Below, in pieces: positions 61,603-64,000 of a stretch of 64,000 nucleotides of DNA. The notes under the pieces were generated by a model. The model was not told the origin of the DNA. It saw only the letters and a program-made list of their open reading frames with translations, and did not search any database. Source of the stretch: the human T2T-CHM13v2.0 reference genome, Homo sapiens; assembly GCF_009914755.1 (NCBI RefSeq), contig NC_060936.1; one strand, given 5' to 3'. The translations under genes and the position numbers were made by a program. Numbering within the stretch: the first letter of the stretch is position 1; each line of letters starts with the position of its first letter.

Positions 61603-62744
61603 TGAGCACCAAACATTACTCCTCTTAAAGTTACAATAATATTATAATAATACATTGAGAATGTGCTATGGTCTAGCAATGAAGACTTATGTAAATACTT
61701 GTCTCTTTATATACTTTAAAAAGGCCCTCAGTGAGTTAGGGTCTTGCATTTATTGCTACTGAACTCTCCAGGTATGTATGTTGATCATAGAATGTACTTT
61801 CCTTCATTATGCTTATTTTTAATTTTAAATACACACATGGTAATGTGGACAAAGGAACTAAGTTTTAGACACTCAGGTGCTCAAAACTAACCACAAAGGG
61901 CAGACATAGATTAACTAAATCCTCATGACTGACATGGTTTCACATTCCATTGTCATTTGTTGTTGGATTTAGGTGATGACCTTCAAGTCTAAAAATGACA
62001 CCATTCTTTACCAGTTTGAATATTGACACAACTGCAGACCATCGTAATCTTATTTCAGGATGTTAAAATTCCAGTATTCAGAGCATTTGAAGCTGTGCAA
62101 ATGTCTTTCTGGGGCACATAAAAAAATCAAAGTATTATCATTGGTTTTATTCCCTCACTGCCTTGTAGCATATACAAACTGAATCTCAGAGATTCCGGTA
62201 AACTTATTTCCATTTCTATGTCAGTGAAGCCAAAAGAGAAAAAGTTATTATCTGGAAGCACACAGTGGAGAGCCAAACCTCAGACTTACACATCAATGAA
62301 AATTAAAGTGTCTCTTGACAAGATAGGTCAAATATCAATGATGTGTGGCTACTTAGTGGTCAATCTAATTCACTCTCTAATAAATATGAAGCACCCCATA
62401 GTCAGTTTTATAATAAATAGAGTCACAGCTGACTGTTTGTCTTTGATTAAATATCACCTTTGCTATTTAATTCAGTTATTTCAGAAAGAGTTTTGACATT
62501 TGACTCTAAATAACACATTTTGTTTTTTTTGAAAAATAAAGGTCTTTCAATGTCTATCTCCTTCCATTTCCTTTAATTCATAAAAACATGGTATTTCATA
62601 GATGTGACTTCTCTTGATCTTAGCAACAGTCATATTATTAGTAACACTATGTGTTCTACATTGCTTACTTCTATGCTGTGTTTTATAAACAGAGAGCTAT
62701 AATAGGTATTATGAGGAATATTAGAACAGTGCTGTCCAGTAGAA

Positions 62745-63307
62745 TGTAGTAGTGAGATAACCTTCTCTCTTCCCTCTGTAATAACTGAGTCTGTTGAAAT
62801 AAACTGACAGTAGATTGACAGGAGAAAAGGTATACAAGTTTATTACATGCACAGTGACATTACAGGAATCTGACTGTCCAATAATCCAATGAGATTCAGA
62901 AGCTTAAATAACCTTCTTAATAGGGGAGAGGGAAGTGGGGGCTGTAGGCATTTTAGTTAAAAAGTAAGTGATTTTTAGGGGAGATGAATGGGCCCAAAGA
63001 ACAGACAATAGCCTAGGAAAAAATTCCTCTGGGCTCTAGGTCTGGTGTTGTAACTAGTCTTCTTTCCTGTGAGTTAATCATCCCTGTTCAATGAGGCTAT
63101 AGGGAGGGGGGCTCAAGACAATTGCATTCCTTCTGAGGGAGCTTTCCTTCCTCGATAAAGAAACTTCAGAGAAAGCTTGTCCCTGTGGGATGGACTGGAG
63201 GGCAGGAGGAGTTCAGAGAGACCTTGGTTCTGAGGCTACTTTTTAGTTTAAAGTACTCAGCATGTCAAAGTGCCATGCTTTGGGGTATGATTTTCTGAGC
63301 CCCAACA
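62745..63307 (-). mobile_element. MER34-family ERV1 solo LTR
   Basis: tgtagtagtg...gattgacaggagaaaagg...catgctttggggtatgattttctgagccccaaca; perfect TSD AGAA. Confidence 0.85.
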
Positions 63308-63393
63308 AGAACCCTCTGTAATGATAGAAATATTTTGTATCTATACTGTCTAACATGATAGCAACTAGCCACATGTGGCTATTGAGCACTTGA

Positions 63394-63724
<331 letters not shown>

Positions 63725-63764
63725 GAAACTGAATTCTTAATTTTATTTAATGCTAATTTATCTT

Positions 63765-64000
63765 GTTTATTTATTTTGAGGTGAAGTCTCACTCTGTTGC
63801 CCAGGCTGGAGTACAGTGGCACAATCTTGGCCCACTGAAACCTCCGCCTCCGAGTTCAAGCGATTCTCCTGCCTCAGTCTTCTTAGTACCTGGGATCACA
63901 GGTGCCTGCCACCATGCCTGGCTAATTTTTGTATTTTTAGAAGAGATGGGTTTTCGCCTGTTGACCAGGCTGCTCTTGAACTCCTGGCCTCAGGTGATTC
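63765..64000 (-). mobile_element. AluS, cut by the window edge
   Basis: Antisense Alu right arm and part of the left arm. Confidence 0.93.

Overview
Primate (most likely human) non-coding DNA, intergenic or deep intronic. I found no recognisable protein-coding exon, RNA gene, CpG island or CRISPR-like array. The long ORFs in the track come from Alu, L1, L2 or low-complexity sequence. The window is a mosaic of transposable elements: 29 Alu/FRAM copies, one full-length decayed L1PA7/8-like element (5651-12252, minus strand) carrying a nested young L1 3' fragment, old L1M/L2/MIR fragments, many solo LTRs (MaLR, ERVL, MER4-group ERV1) and hAT DNA transposons. Family names come from recalled consensus features, not a database search, so subfamily calls are approximate. 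The most unusual structures are: (1) a 462-bp composite insertion at 31769-32230, built from two local templates 2.0 and 3.7 kb downstream in opposite orientations, flanked by a 13-bp direct repeat and sitting at the tip of a 51-bp-arm palindrome; (2) a spliced, poly(A)-less L1PB 5'-end-only insertion with TSD at 45914-46416; (3) further small locally templated insertions and duplications.
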